From a virus (Duplodnaviria > Heunggongvirae > Uroviricota > Caudoviricetes), in IMG/VR virus record IMGVR_UViG_2563366942_000017, positions 1 through 40,985 of that record: DNA of 40,985 nt; one strand, given 5' to 3'. Below, one piece after another: positions 8,579 to 17,979 of the stretch (positions are counted from its first letter, which is position 1; every line of letters begins with the position of its first letter). Below the pieces are notes generated by a model that saw only the letters and a list, made by a program, of their open reading frames with translations, ran no database searches and was not told the origin of the DNA. The translations under genes were made by a program, and so were the position numbers.

Positions 8579-8740
8579 ATGAAAAAAGCATTTGCTGCAC
8601 TGTTCGTTTTGTTGTCTCTGGTAGCTTCAACTCAGGCCTTTGCCGGTCGTTGTCAGCACGACAGCGATACTGCCGCTGACGGCTCCCGCTGCGGTGGGCG
8701 TTCTGCGGATTCCCGCCCGGGCGGCGGTGGCATTCGTTAA
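8579..8740 (+). CDS. Small secreted peptide candidate (signal peptide plus ~30 aa Gly/Arg/Cys-containing mature part)
   Basis: MKKAFAALFVLLSLVASTQAFA looks like a Sec signal peptide with AFA cleavage site; weak SD; GC-rich. Confidence 0.3.
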   Translation: MKKAFAALFVLLSLVASTQAFAGRCQHDSDTAADGSRCGGRSADSRPGGGGIR

Positions 8741-8744
8741 AACA

Positions 8745-8763
8745 AGGCCGCGAAAGCGGCCTG
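8745..8763 (-). terminator. Hairpin terminator downstream of antirepressor gene (minus strand)
   Basis: GGCCGC-gaaa-GCGGCC hairpin; T-rich tract follows on minus strand. Confidence 0.45.
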
Positions 8764-8786
8764 TGACATGTCACGCTAGTTTCGTT

Positions 8787-9057
8787 TTGCACGTCCCTGT
8801 GCCGCCGTTCTGTCAGAAGAACCCTGCTTTGTCGTTGATGTATTCCGCGTGCGTCTGGATATCACGCAGGCATTTGCTCACACCGACGATGTAGCAGAAC
8901 ATGGTGGTCAGCTCCGCCGCCGCGCCCGATACATCGTGCCCGTCTTCCTGTAACTGGTTCAGCAGATTCATCAGCAGTGAGTTCTCCGTCAGGCCGAGAA
9001 CACCCGACGGCGAATGAATCAGACTGCGGTAGCCTGGCTTCAATGGATAACCATAAC
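8787..9057. repeat. Inverted repeat arm 2 (3' end of second antirepressor gene plus ~25 bp)
   Basis: Reverse-complement match to 7395..7665; boundaries approximate. Confidence 0.6.
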
Positions 9058-9751
9058 ATTTTGTCTGTGTTTTAATTGCCTCACGAAGCGCATCTAACAT
9101 CTTGACTGCCACTTCATCATTCTCTGATGCAGATCCAGCAGGGAGATACTCCCCTTCAAGCGGAACCCGAGCAACAAGAGACAACGCTTCGGCAAATTGA
9201 TCTTCACCAATTTCTTTGTACGAACAGCCAAAATGAGATTTCAGTGACGACCACATGGTGATCATCGCCTTAGCCTGTTTTTCTTTTGGCAGAGACTGAC
9301 CGCGACTCATGACGAGTTGTTTAATGGCTTCCTGCTGTTCAGTTGTTATTTTACCCGGCAACGCCTTTTTAGCTTTGCGTGGGTTAACCACATGGCCTTT
9401 AGTCCAGTACTCGTAGAGCACATCGTCACACTCTTCCTGATACTGGATTACCTTGTCGCGGATTTCAGGGCGGACTTTGTTAGGGCTGATGCTGTTCAAC
9501 CAAGCTGCCAATTTTCGTAAAGCCATACAAATCATGGCTTGCACCCCACCGGCAGAAGGTATGGTGATTTCCACCATACCCTTCGAGAAGCGTTGAGAAA
9601 TCTTCTTATGTTGAGATTTCCAGTCTAGCCCCATTCCCTCAACGATAGGTTTCATTGGGGTATACGGTTCGCCGTTGTGATTGACAACATAAAGCTCTGC
9701 GCCGTGGAATGGCACGTTGATAGTAGATACTGCTGTTGCTATACTCGTCAT
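8813..9751 (-). CDS. Antirepressor (Ant-like), distinct N-terminal domain, shared C-terminal module
   Basis: N-terminal NVPFHGAELYVVNHNGEPYTPMKPIVEGMGLDW resembles antirepressor N-domains; C-terminal 77 aa identical to ORF 6953..7639; sits downstream of Arc-like gene as in P22 arc-ant. Confidence 0.65.
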   Translation of the reverse strand: MTSIATAVSTINVPFHGAELYVVNHNGEPYTPMKPIVEGMGLDWKSQHKKISQRFSKGMVEITIPSAGGVQAMICMALRKLAAWLNSISPNKVRPEIRDKVIQYQEECDDVLYEYWTKGHVVNPRKAKKALPGKITTEQQEAIKQLVMSRGQSLPKEKQAKAMITMWSSLKSHFGCSYKEIGEDQFAEALSLVARVPLEGEYLPAGSASENDEVAVKMLDALREAIKTQTKCYGYPLKPGYRSLIHSPSGVLGLTENSLLMNLLNQLQEDGHDVSGAAAELTTMFCYIVGVSKCLRDIQTHAEYINDKAGFF

Positions 9752-9823
9752 GTCGTTAATTCCTATACGTAGTTTTACGATACTGAAGCCCTGACGGTCT
9801 GGCCACCGTGGGGCTTCGCTGTT

Positions 9824-9991
9824 TTATGCCACGCTATTCTTCTCACCAGTGAGTCCATACACTTTCCTCAGCTGATAGATAATCTCTGTATTGAACTTTC
9901 GGCATTCTTTTTCGCCATTTCTTTCAATAGCTAACTTCACATCGTCCGGAAAACGAACTCGTCGTTGACACATCTCTTTTGCTTTTTGCAT
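9824..9991 (-). CDS. Arc-like ribbon-helix-helix repressor
   Basis: SD AGGAG before ATG 9989-9991; 55 aa; RVRFPDDVKLAIERNGEKECRKFNTEIIYQL fits Arc/Mnt RHH pattern (beta-strand then two helices). Confidence 0.55.
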   Translation of the reverse strand: MQKAKEMCQRRVRFPDDVKLAIERNGEKECRKFNTEIIYQLRKVYGLTGEKNSVA

Positions 9992-10006
9992 TTCATATCT
10001 CCTTAG

Positions 10007-10065
10007 CCCCACCGTGGGGCAAAATAATTGTCACACCGTGCGTCATTGATGTCAAGCACACGGTG
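10007..10065. promoter_or_regulatory. immI-like operator/promoter region with CACCGTG palindromes
   Basis: GCCCCAC-C-GTGGGGC palindrome at 10007-10020, CACCGTG at 10034-10040 and its inverse CACGGTG at 10059-10065; a related GGCCACCGTGGGGC lies at 9801-9814 between arc-like and ant. Confidence 0.45.
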
Positions 10066-10111
10066 AGGCATACTTCAATCATTGCAAGTAACTCAATATT
10101 TGGTGAAGAAC

Positions 10112-10543
10112 ATGAGCAGAGAAGATCCACAACTAAGGATCAGACTTCCCGTCGAAGTAAAAGAAAAAATAGAAATTTCTGCAAAAGCCAATAAGCGATC
10201 AATGAACGCTGAAATAGTACAACGTCTTGACACCAGCTTTCTGAAAGATATTCATGAAGATGACGTAATTTCTGCTTATGAAGCAAAAATCATTGCAAAC
10301 AATGCACGACATGAAATATCAAATATTATTTTCAAAAGAACCTTTAATGAAATTAATAAGAAAATAACACTTGGACATACAAGTTTTTATATAAACCTTA
10401 ATGACCTTGAACTGGAATCACTTGCAGATAATGATTACCAGATCATCTTTGAAAAAACATTTAATAAGCTCAATGAACTAGGTTACATCATCTGTGAAAA
10501 CTCATGGGATGCAGATGGTTTTGGAATTGAAATACCTGAATAG
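10112..10543 (+). CDS. Mnt-like RHH DNA-binding protein with ~95-aa C-terminal extension
   Basis: N-terminus RIRLPVEVKEKIEISAKANKRSMNAEIVQRL matches Mnt/Arc RHH motif; divergent from arc-like gene; ORF track start is TTG, internal ATG 10112 preferred. Confidence 0.55.
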   Translation: MSREDPQLRIRLPVEVKEKIEISAKANKRSMNAEIVQRLDTSFLKDIHEDDVISAYEAKIIANNARHEISNIIFKRTFNEINKKITLGHTSFYINLNDLELESLADNDYQIIFEKTFNKLNELGYIICENSWDADGFGIEIPE

Positions 10544-10606
10544 GAAGAACAAAAGGCGTGTACATATTACACGTCTTTAATACAATTGAAAAACGCCACA
10601 TTACTG

Positions 10607-11197
10607 ATGTATGTTACAACAAGGAGCGATATTTTGAAAACCATATCTATATTAAAGGTTGCATTAGGCGTCGCTATTATTTTGACTCTCTCAATATTGT
10701 TTTATTTTTACCACAAACAAACTGCTATTGCTCTTGATAGTCACGCGGCAAACTCATTTTTCTCAGAGTACATAGTGCCGCTATCAGGAAGCGGTATAAC
10801 AAATAAATATACTGACTATGACATCAAATATGGAATTGATGATGGGGAGACTATTGTATTACATGTAATCATTAAAAACCTAATGACAGTAAATAAAAAT
10901 ACAGACTTCAACGATAAAAATACAATACATCACAACAACAGCAAAACATTAATTTCTTATAGTAGCAACATCTATACGGATAAATGCCTAAAATACATAT
11001 CAGAAGATACAATAAAAGAAACCCGCGAAAAGTTAAAAAACATATATTGTGCATCCGGCAGTTTTCACAAATTATCGCCGCAAGAGCGTTTATTCTACGA
11101 AGCAAGAAAACAACGTAAGTCAATAATATTACATTATTATGCTGATTCAGGGGAGACACTCATATTTAATATTGGGGTTTCCCCTGAATCATGCTAA
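10607..11197 (+). CDS. AT-rich membrane-anchored protein of unknown function (superinfection-exclusion/defense candidate)
   Basis: N-terminal TM helix ILKVALGVAIILTLSILFYFY; very AT-rich compared with flanking structural genes; start ambiguous (ATG 10607 or TTG 10634 with AAGGAG SD). Confidence 0.45.
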   Translation: MYVTTRSDILKTISILKVALGVAIILTLSILFYFYHKQTAIALDSHAANSFFSEYIVPLSGSGITNKYTDYDIKYGIDDGETIVLHVIIKNLMTVNKNTDFNDKNTIHHNNSKTLISYSSNIYTDKCLKYISEDTIKETREKLKNIYCASGSFHKLSPQERLFYEARKQRKSIILHYYADSGETLIFNIGVSPESC

Positions 11198-11208
11198 AGG
11201 TGTTTAAC

Positions 11209-14200
11209 TCACCGCATCACCGGATCCACCTGGTTTATTAGTGGCGCAATCCAGAACAGGTTATTGCCGGGTATCAGGGTTCGGACATTATGCACAATAC
11301 GATCACCGGCATCACCATTCAACACTCCTGCGGTCACATCAATGATGCTATCCGCAAGACCAAATGACGGTCCGAATAGAGATCCTACGAATCCACGACT
11401 GGCATACCTAGACTGTGTGCCAGTGCCAAATAAAGCCCCCAGCCCAACAGCACCACCAGTAGCCTTTTCAGCCATATTGTTATATTCCATCAATGGCCCA
11501 AGAATACCGGATCTATCTATACCCTCAAGCACCAGCTTCTCTGGTGACCAGTCAACATTTTTCCCTTTCGATGCTTCTTTAAGCGCATAGACCAGTGAGC
11601 CAAGAGCAATCTGAAATGCAGTGCCATAATAAAATTGCGCAGTTCCTTCCTGTAACCCACCAAGTAGCGCACGGTTGTATGAAGCCGTTGTGAATGATTT
11701 AAACTGAAATATCGTTCGCCCCATTGGAGTACTCGCCCATAAAGGTGTGTCACCAATACCGGGGGTGATGATAGTGTTATTAACGTCTTTCAGAACCGCT
11801 GACTGGAATACTCCGGCAACGTACTGATCGTCCCATTTATCAAAGTTACCAATGTGCCATCCATCAATTACCTCACCATGTTTCTCGAACTCACTGCGAA
11901 TACGCGCAGCCATATTGTCGTTGATACCGAGTTTTGCCATGCGACGTGCAGAAAACGCACCAGACAAAATACCGTCTGACGTGAGCATTCCGTTCATGGA
12001 TTTGTTTATGTCATTAAATCGATCCATGAGTGTCAGCTTGCCGAAGGCATCAGTAATTCGCTCCATTCCTGCTTCGACTGCTGTTGTCCTGGAAGAACTG
12101 TCAACAAGATCACCAATTGCACGAGAACGTGAATGTAGTACAGTTTCCAATCCAATCCCCATCTTCAACATCTCTTCTTTGCTGGCCTTAAATGCCGGTG
12201 ATTGGGATATCTGAGAAGCATAGCCTTTCATGGAGTTACGGAAACCATTAACCATAACCCCTCTGGCCAGATCTGGAATAGCTGATACTGTCATTCCACC
12301 GAGTTTGGTCGTGAAGTTCACATCCCGCAGAAAAGCGCCAGCACGAACAAAAAACGAAGACGGGTCATCAGGCATACCATATGTACCAACAAGACGATCG
12401 CGTAATGCTGTTATGTCTCTGAGATCATTTGCTCTTGATTTTGAAAGTCTGGACTGTTCTTTCCGTAATTCCTTTTCGTACTTTCGCATTAATGAATCGA
12501 GTTTACCCTGAGGAACAACTTCACCATTGCTCTCATAACGTGCTTTCAGATTTGCCACACTTTCGTCATATTTCGCCTTTATTTTTTCAGGCACTTCCCG
12601 TAACAGACTGTCATATTCGTCCTCAATTAATTGCAGACGCTCTGTCATAGTTCGTTTGCCAAATGTTCTCGTCAACTCAATTTCTGCTGCCGCTTCACGG
12701 ATATGACGTTGTAGAACGTAATTCACATCACTTTCGAGATAATCCCTGATAAGACTATCAGGCACATTTAATGTTCTTTCTTTCGTACTACCTGCGGCTT
12801 TTACAGAAAATACGCTGACAAAATCCTGTGGAACCTTAGCACCAGTAATTTTATTAATTACGATATCCGCTGCAATTTCAGCATCCTCAGGATCCAGTGT
12901 TTTATTGCCTCTCGACCACCAGTCAACCAAAATACGTCGAAATTTATCGCGTTCACTGATTATTTTTCCAACTTTATATATACGTGGGAAATAGCTTGCC
13001 TGGCCTAATGCTTTCAGTTCTTCATCTGGCGGCAATAAACCAAGCTTTTGCATTTCAACCTTCACCCGATTTAATACAGTTCGCATCGCCTGCGCCGTTT
13101 CCTGAACAACAGGATTAGCATGCACATCACCGCTTCGCATAGCATTCCCAACCTGCTGACGAAATGAATCAAAACTCATGTCACCACCATCAGCTTTATA
13201 CTTTGCGTATGCCTGTTTATTTCCGACAACAACAGCAGCTTCTTCACGCTGCCATCCACGTGTACGGGTTTCTACAGCTACCGGTGTTTCAATCCCCCTT
13301 TCATTTCCTTTAAGGGTGAAATTATTTTCGGCTAACTCCAGCGTTGTTTTTCGCACTGTCTTGGACGGAGACTCCATTAACCTTGTCAAAGGAGTAAGAT
13401 AGCTCCCTGCTTTCCATGCAGCCTTTCCAACCACCCCACCGGAAACAGGGGTTAAATCATCCAGAGTCGCTGTATCAATTTTCATAGCACCAACACTACC
13501 ACCATCAGAAAGCGAAGCGGCAGCCCTGTCAGTCGCTGATGTAATGCTCATATTATCAAGAGCATCAGCAACCTCACGCGTGGCTGCAGCCCGGACGGAT
13601 GGCGAAAGCGCAACACCAGCACTGGCAAACACGCCGCTCATCATCGCACCCGCTGCAATGTGAGCGGCACTTTCACCCCATGAGCGTGTTATTTGCTGAT
13701 TATTCAGCACAACCTCGCTTAATGCTGTACCGGCTGCACCAATCGCAATCTGTGAGCCAATACGCGCCAGTGCCCCTCCTTGAGCACCGGGGATAAACAT
13801 TGACGCAACAGTAACCGGATCCATTCCCGCAGCAATACTGGCAAGGGTTCCAACTACGCCAGCATCAGACAATAAACGTCTGTCTTCATTTTCATCATCT
13901 ATCTGCTGCTTAATCCACGCCGTTTCCTCTGGCGATCGGGAATCTGCAAATTTCGCCCCCCAGTATTCATAACCGTGCAACTCATTTTTATCAGCATATG
14001 GGTTATAACCTTCGACCGGTTCAAACTGTCTGGCTGGTCGGAAAAAACCAGCCAGAATATTGTTCTGTCGCATTGCAGCCCCCCATACGGAAGGCTCCGG
14101 TGGCAATGGCTCAGGATTAGCCCCTTCCGGAAGGGCAACATCAAACCCAGTTTGTTCCGGCAAAACATTACCTGACGGGATCAGTCCGTTATTAAGATCT

Positions 14201-14223
14201 TCAGCTTGTGCATAAACTGGCAT
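11209..14223 (-). CDS. Large internal virion / ejection protein
   Basis: 1004-aa ORF at the end of the internal-core gene block of a T7-like structural module; no recognised catalytic motif. Confidence 0.55.
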   Translation of the reverse strand: MPVYAQAEDLNNGLIPSGNVLPEQTGFDVALPEGANPEPLPPEPSVWGAAMRQNNILAGFFRPARQFEPVEGYNPYADKNELHGYEYWGAKFADSRSPEETAWIKQQIDDENEDRRLLSDAGVVGTLASIAAGMDPVTVASMFIPGAQGGALARIGSQIAIGAAGTALSEVVLNNQQITRSWGESAAHIAAGAMMSGVFASAGVALSPSVRAAATREVADALDNMSITSATDRAAASLSDGGSVGAMKIDTATLDDLTPVSGGVVGKAAWKAGSYLTPLTRLMESPSKTVRKTTLELAENNFTLKGNERGIETPVAVETRTRGWQREEAAVVVGNKQAYAKYKADGGDMSFDSFRQQVGNAMRSGDVHANPVVQETAQAMRTVLNRVKVEMQKLGLLPPDEELKALGQASYFPRIYKVGKIISERDKFRRILVDWWSRGNKTLDPEDAEIAADIVINKITGAKVPQDFVSVFSVKAAGSTKERTLNVPDSLIRDYLESDVNYVLQRHIREAAAEIELTRTFGKRTMTERLQLIEDEYDSLLREVPEKIKAKYDESVANLKARYESNGEVVPQGKLDSLMRKYEKELRKEQSRLSKSRANDLRDITALRDRLVGTYGMPDDPSSFFVRAGAFLRDVNFTTKLGGMTVSAIPDLARGVMVNGFRNSMKGYASQISQSPAFKASKEEMLKMGIGLETVLHSRSRAIGDLVDSSSRTTAVEAGMERITDAFGKLTLMDRFNDINKSMNGMLTSDGILSGAFSARRMAKLGINDNMAARIRSEFEKHGEVIDGWHIGNFDKWDDQYVAGVFQSAVLKDVNNTIITPGIGDTPLWASTPMGRTIFQFKSFTTASYNRALLGGLQEGTAQFYYGTAFQIALGSLVYALKEASKGKNVDWSPEKLVLEGIDRSGILGPLMEYNNMAEKATGGAVGLGALFGTGTQSRYASRGFVGSLFGPSFGLADSIIDVTAGVLNGDAGDRIVHNVRTLIPGNNLFWIAPLINQVDPVMR

Positions 14224-16940
14224 TATTTAGATCCCCACGAAAAGTAATCTTTAAATTTGTCCATACGTTCGTTATGCAGGCGCTGATACTGCTCATCCAG
14301 AGCGCGATGCTTGTCTTTGAAGTTTCGTATAGCCTGTCCACGCATAATTTCTTCCTGCTCGTACTGCTCCCGTTCCTGCTGCATTTTCTTATAAGGTTCC
14401 CAATCTTCTAGTGATGGTTCCCAACGCATAGGACGCCCATGTTTGTTATAAAACGGCTGGACCCGATCGATGCCATTTTCATCCTTAGTTCTTACCATAA
14501 TGGCGTAATCACCATTACGAGGTGTTAACACGTCAGGGGTTATGAATAATTCTCCATTAATACGACTCTCAGGGGTTTTTGTCTCAACTACAGGAGCATT
14601 ACCTGACGTGATCCCAAGCAACGTCGGACTGGTTGTTATAATCTCTTTGCGCTCACCGTACATCAGCCGTTCTTTTTCAGCTTTCCACTGCGCCGCCTGC
14701 CAGCCTGACGGCCCATATTGATAAAGCGCCTCCGGTGCATATTTCATAAACTGCGCTTCTCCGTTAACCTCGCTGATACTCCAGGTGCGGGCTATCTGCT
14801 GGTTGGTCATTTGCTTCGCTACGTCAGCGTTACCACCAGCAACGCGGTAGTTAATGTCATACAGCGTCTGATAGTCATTACGGAATCTAGCTGCTTCCGG
14901 CGTCTGGTCATCCGCAGACGGATCCCAACGGAACCACTGCGCCATATTGCTGACAGCAGAATTCATCGCCTTGCTGCGATTATTTTTGTACTCTTTTGAA
15001 CTCTGCGTTGATGCCAATTGAGCTTTAAGAGCATCGGTCTGGTTGTACGTCAGGTTCTGCGCCTGCTCGATAGCCGCATCAGCAGACATGCCAGAATCTG
15101 TTAGTTGCTTAACAGTCAGATAAAAACCCTGCATATCCTTCGGCATATTTCCAATAGATGCATTGTCTGTTTCATATAACCGACTAAACAAATTCGCTGC
15201 ATTTTTAACCACTTCCTGATTGCTGGATCTGGATACTGCTGAAAGCTGCGTGATGACCTGCGAAGGCATGATGCCAGTCTGAGCCACAAGCCGAACAACC
15301 CCATCATGAGTGGAGGCATCATTAATACGAAAGTTCTGCGCCATTTCTGTGTAATCAGCAGCTTTCTGCATTGATTTGTTGCTTGGGTCTAATTTTTCAC
15401 CTATTGTCAGCGCCTCATTGAATCTGCGTGAATCACGTTGCGCCTGAATTGCTTCATTTGATCGCTGAAGCAATGCAGACAATTTTCCGTAAGCATCGAG
15501 TTTTAACGCATAGTGAGGATCGTTAACCTCAGGCTTCACTTTCTGCATTTCTTCTTGCTGCTGAGAAGGAGGTAAATACTGAATTGCCTGGAATATTCTC
15601 GCGTTATCAATCGCTATATCCAGTTGATTGATTATTTTATCTGCATTTTTTCCATACCCCCTGATGATAGTCTCCTGAGCCGGTATATAATCTGGAACCT
15701 CACCGTTATATAGCTGGGCCATGGTGTTATTAATAGCTGGCTCAAGCTGTTCTAATATTAACTTCCTTTGCTTTTCTATCTGACTATTAGCAAGGTTATC
15801 TATTTGATAAATAGTCAGCGGATCCATTCCAGTTTTATTTTTTCTATATCGGGAAAGCCACCCTTGTGTTTCTGATGGAAGATTTCGGATAAATTCTTCT
15901 TCTGATATTTCACCTTTACGTGGATCACCGACTTTGGCGATCAGTTTATCCACGTTACCCATCCCCCAGTTATATGCTGCTCCGGTCAATATTTCGGAGC
16001 CGTACTTACCATACAGTTGATTTACATAGTCACTGGCGAGCATTTCATGCTGTTGTTCGTCCGTAGGGTTGTATTTAACGCCACGCTTGGCCGCCAGTTC
16101 TTTCCCTGTGCCCGGCATTAACTGGTATTTCCCCTGGGCTCTCTCTCCAGAAGATGTTATCGGTCCTTCAAGAAGACTACCATCAGGATTAAAATGTCGA
16201 TCACCTGATTCAACAAGGCGTATGGCACGCATGTCCATGCCTCCAGAATCATTTTTCTGAAACAGACCATTTAGCCATCCTTCTGGATTGGCAGCGGCAT
16301 AATTCTTCGCCCGCATTTCTGTGGCACGGCGATCATCACTTTCTATTTCTTCCAGAATGCGTTCTTGTGACCATCCCCTGGCAGCTCCATATCTAGCAAT
16401 GGCTACCATTCTGGAATTTCTGGCTAAAGTGGCAGTTTGCGGGTCATTCCAGGCATCCGCTTCATTTTGTATCCATAATTTTCTCGTTGCCTGATATTGC
16501 TCATCTTCATAGGCATTTGTCTGCCCTATCTCATGTCTGAGAACTCCAGTACTGAACTGAATTTTCTGTGTTCTGGCTTGTTGCAAAAACATATTTCTTG
16601 CTGCTTCATCAGTCAATGAAGCAGCTATTTCTTCCACATCCTGATCAAATCCAGATATGTACTCTTGCCCCTTACCAATCGCATTTTTGCCTTGTTGTGC
16701 ATAAAAACCGGTTTGAGGGTTATAAAGACGTTCATTGCTGCGCTGATTAAGCTGAAGGATGGCATCCTGAGACAATGCAACATTCGCTTTCTGCCTGGCT
16801 TCACCATATGCCACCGCATACTGATCTGCGACATTCGCCAGCACCTGACCTGCTTGAGGAACATCGAAGGTCTGAAAACCACCGGTTTGCACACCACGAC
16901 TTTGCACCTGGCGTCCGGATGTAGTAGGAACAACAGGCAT
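14223..16940 (-). CDS. Internal virion protein with lytic transglycosylase (SLT) domain
   Basis: LVESGDRHF...GERAQGKYQLMPGTG...AYNWG resembles the ES...GLMQ(L)MP...AYN motifs of soluble lytic transglycosylases; 905 aa. Confidence 0.65.
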   Translation of the reverse strand: MPVVPTTSGRQVQSRGVQTGGFQTFDVPQAGQVLANVADQYAVAYGEARQKANVALSQDAILQLNQRSNERLYNPQTGFYAQQGKNAIGKGQEYISGFDQDVEEIAASLTDEAARNMFLQQARTQKIQFSTGVLRHEIGQTNAYEDEQYQATRKLWIQNEADAWNDPQTATLARNSRMVAIARYGAARGWSQERILEEIESDDRRATEMRAKNYAAANPEGWLNGLFQKNDSGGMDMRAIRLVESGDRHFNPDGSLLEGPITSSGERAQGKYQLMPGTGKELAAKRGVKYNPTDEQQHEMLASDYVNQLYGKYGSEILTGAAYNWGMGNVDKLIAKVGDPRKGEISEEEFIRNLPSETQGWLSRYRKNKTGMDPLTIYQIDNLANSQIEKQRKLILEQLEPAINNTMAQLYNGEVPDYIPAQETIIRGYGKNADKIINQLDIAIDNARIFQAIQYLPPSQQQEEMQKVKPEVNDPHYALKLDAYGKLSALLQRSNEAIQAQRDSRRFNEALTIGEKLDPSNKSMQKAADYTEMAQNFRINDASTHDGVVRLVAQTGIMPSQVITQLSAVSRSSNQEVVKNAANLFSRLYETDNASIGNMPKDMQGFYLTVKQLTDSGMSADAAIEQAQNLTYNQTDALKAQLASTQSSKEYKNNRSKAMNSAVSNMAQWFRWDPSADDQTPEAARFRNDYQTLYDINYRVAGGNADVAKQMTNQQIARTWSISEVNGEAQFMKYAPEALYQYGPSGWQAAQWKAEKERLMYGERKEIITTSPTLLGITSGNAPVVETKTPESRINGELFITPDVLTPRNGDYAIMVRTKDENGIDRVQPFYNKHGRPMRWEPSLEDWEPYKKMQQEREQYEQEEIMRGQAIRNFKDKHRALDEQYQRLHNERMDKFKDYFSWGSK

Positions 16941-17515
16941 CAGTAACCTCCTATTTTGAATCGGGAGTCAGAATTCATAAAACCTGAGTTAGATAACATT
17001 GGCGTCCCACCACTAGATGTACTTCCTTTAGAGAACGGACTCCACGTCCCACCAAACATCTGGTACGCACCGTATGCCTTCAGAGGCGCAGTGAGCAATG
17101 TTGTTGCTGCTCCCACATTCCCCTGTTTACGGGCTGAACTGGCTTCTGCTTTATAGTTGGCAGCCTGAACCTGATAACCGTAAGCCTCGCGTTGCGCGTT
17201 ATTCACCGTCGTCAGCGAATCAAGAGCGCCAAACTGGGCAGTGTCGCCAAATATATCCAGCGCGTTACCGGTAGATAAATCGGCGCCGGTCGCCCCCATT
17301 GTCGCCGCTTGTGTACCAAGCCGCTGTCGGGTCTCTCTGCGCCGTTGCTCAGCTTCAGCGTTACCTCTGTTTATTGCATCATTTGCCTGAGCAGTGGCTA
17401 TATCTGCGTTCGCTTCTGCAACCTTCGAGGCATACTTTCCCTGTTGGTACTGGGTGTATGCCTGAATGCCACTCATGGCGAGCATTGCGCCACCAGCAAT
17501 AACCGGATCGCACAT
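16940..17515 (-). CDS. Internal virion protein (gp14-like position)
   Basis: 191 aa, Ala/Gln/Gly-rich, start/stop coupled with neighbours in structural operon. Confidence 0.4.
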   Translation of the reverse strand: MCDPVIAGGAMLAMSGIQAYTQYQQGKYASKVAEANADIATAQANDAINRGNAEAEQRRRETRQRLGTQAATMGATGADLSTGNALDIFGDTAQFGALDSLTTVNNAQREAYGYQVQAANYKAEASSARKQGNVGAATTLLTAPLKAYGAYQMFGGTWSPFSKGSTSSGGTPMLSNSGFMNSDSRFKIGGY

Positions 17516-17979
17516 TATTTTCTCTCCATGTGAAATCTGTGGAAATTAAGACCAAGAGCACCATAAGGCGCGGCTTCTTCAAGCCTGAATCCAAGCCAGT
17601 GCAGCCATGCTTTGGCAACATGGTTTCGCTCGTCGACGTAGTTTTCCAGGCGCGGATAAACTGCCAACATCTGCTGCAATACAGGTCGGCAGTGGCGAAG
17701 AAATGTCTTCTGATATTTTTCAATACGGCTGGTTCCTACCAGCCAGGGCGTACCATTGCCACCGATCATTGACGCCGGAGATACACCAAACATGGTTACC
17801 AGTTCTCCGTTCGCAAATCCTGACCAGGCCATAGTCGCAGTACGCAGACCAACACGCAGCGCATCTTCGGTAGTCATCAGTGATACCGCATACAGTTCGT
17901 CAATATCAGCCTGACGAACATCCGGCAAAATCATCTGAAGATGCTCTTCGGTAGCGGGAATAATTCGAACATCGATCAT
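17515..17979 (-). CDS. Virion-associated protein (gp13-like position)
   Basis: 154 aa ORF, stop/start coupled to neighbours between tail-tube and core genes. Confidence 0.4.
   Translation of the reverse strand: MIDVRIIPATEEHLQMILPDVRQADIDELYAVSLMTTEDALRVGLRTATMAWSGFANGELVTMFGVSPASMIGGNGTPWLVGTSRIEKYQKTFLRHCRPVLQQMLAVYPRLENYVDERNHVAKAWLHWLGFRLEEAAPYGALGLNFHRFHMERK

Noticed and set aside
8763-8774. GTGACATGTCAC as a CRP or Fur site
   Set aside because: Half-site spacing (TGTGA-N4-TCAC) does not match CRP (N6) and there is no Fur-box similarity
7395-9057. Site-specific invertible segment (Mu G-segment / shufflon type)
   Set aside because: No invertase or recombinase gene nearby and the repeat arms differ at synonymous sites, so only homologous recombination-mediated inversion is plausible; reported as an inverted repeat only
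9785-9817. Hairpin between arc-like and ant genes as a transcription terminator
   Set aside because: No T-tract on the coding (minus) strand; more likely an operator or RNA structure within a co-transcribed arc-ant unit
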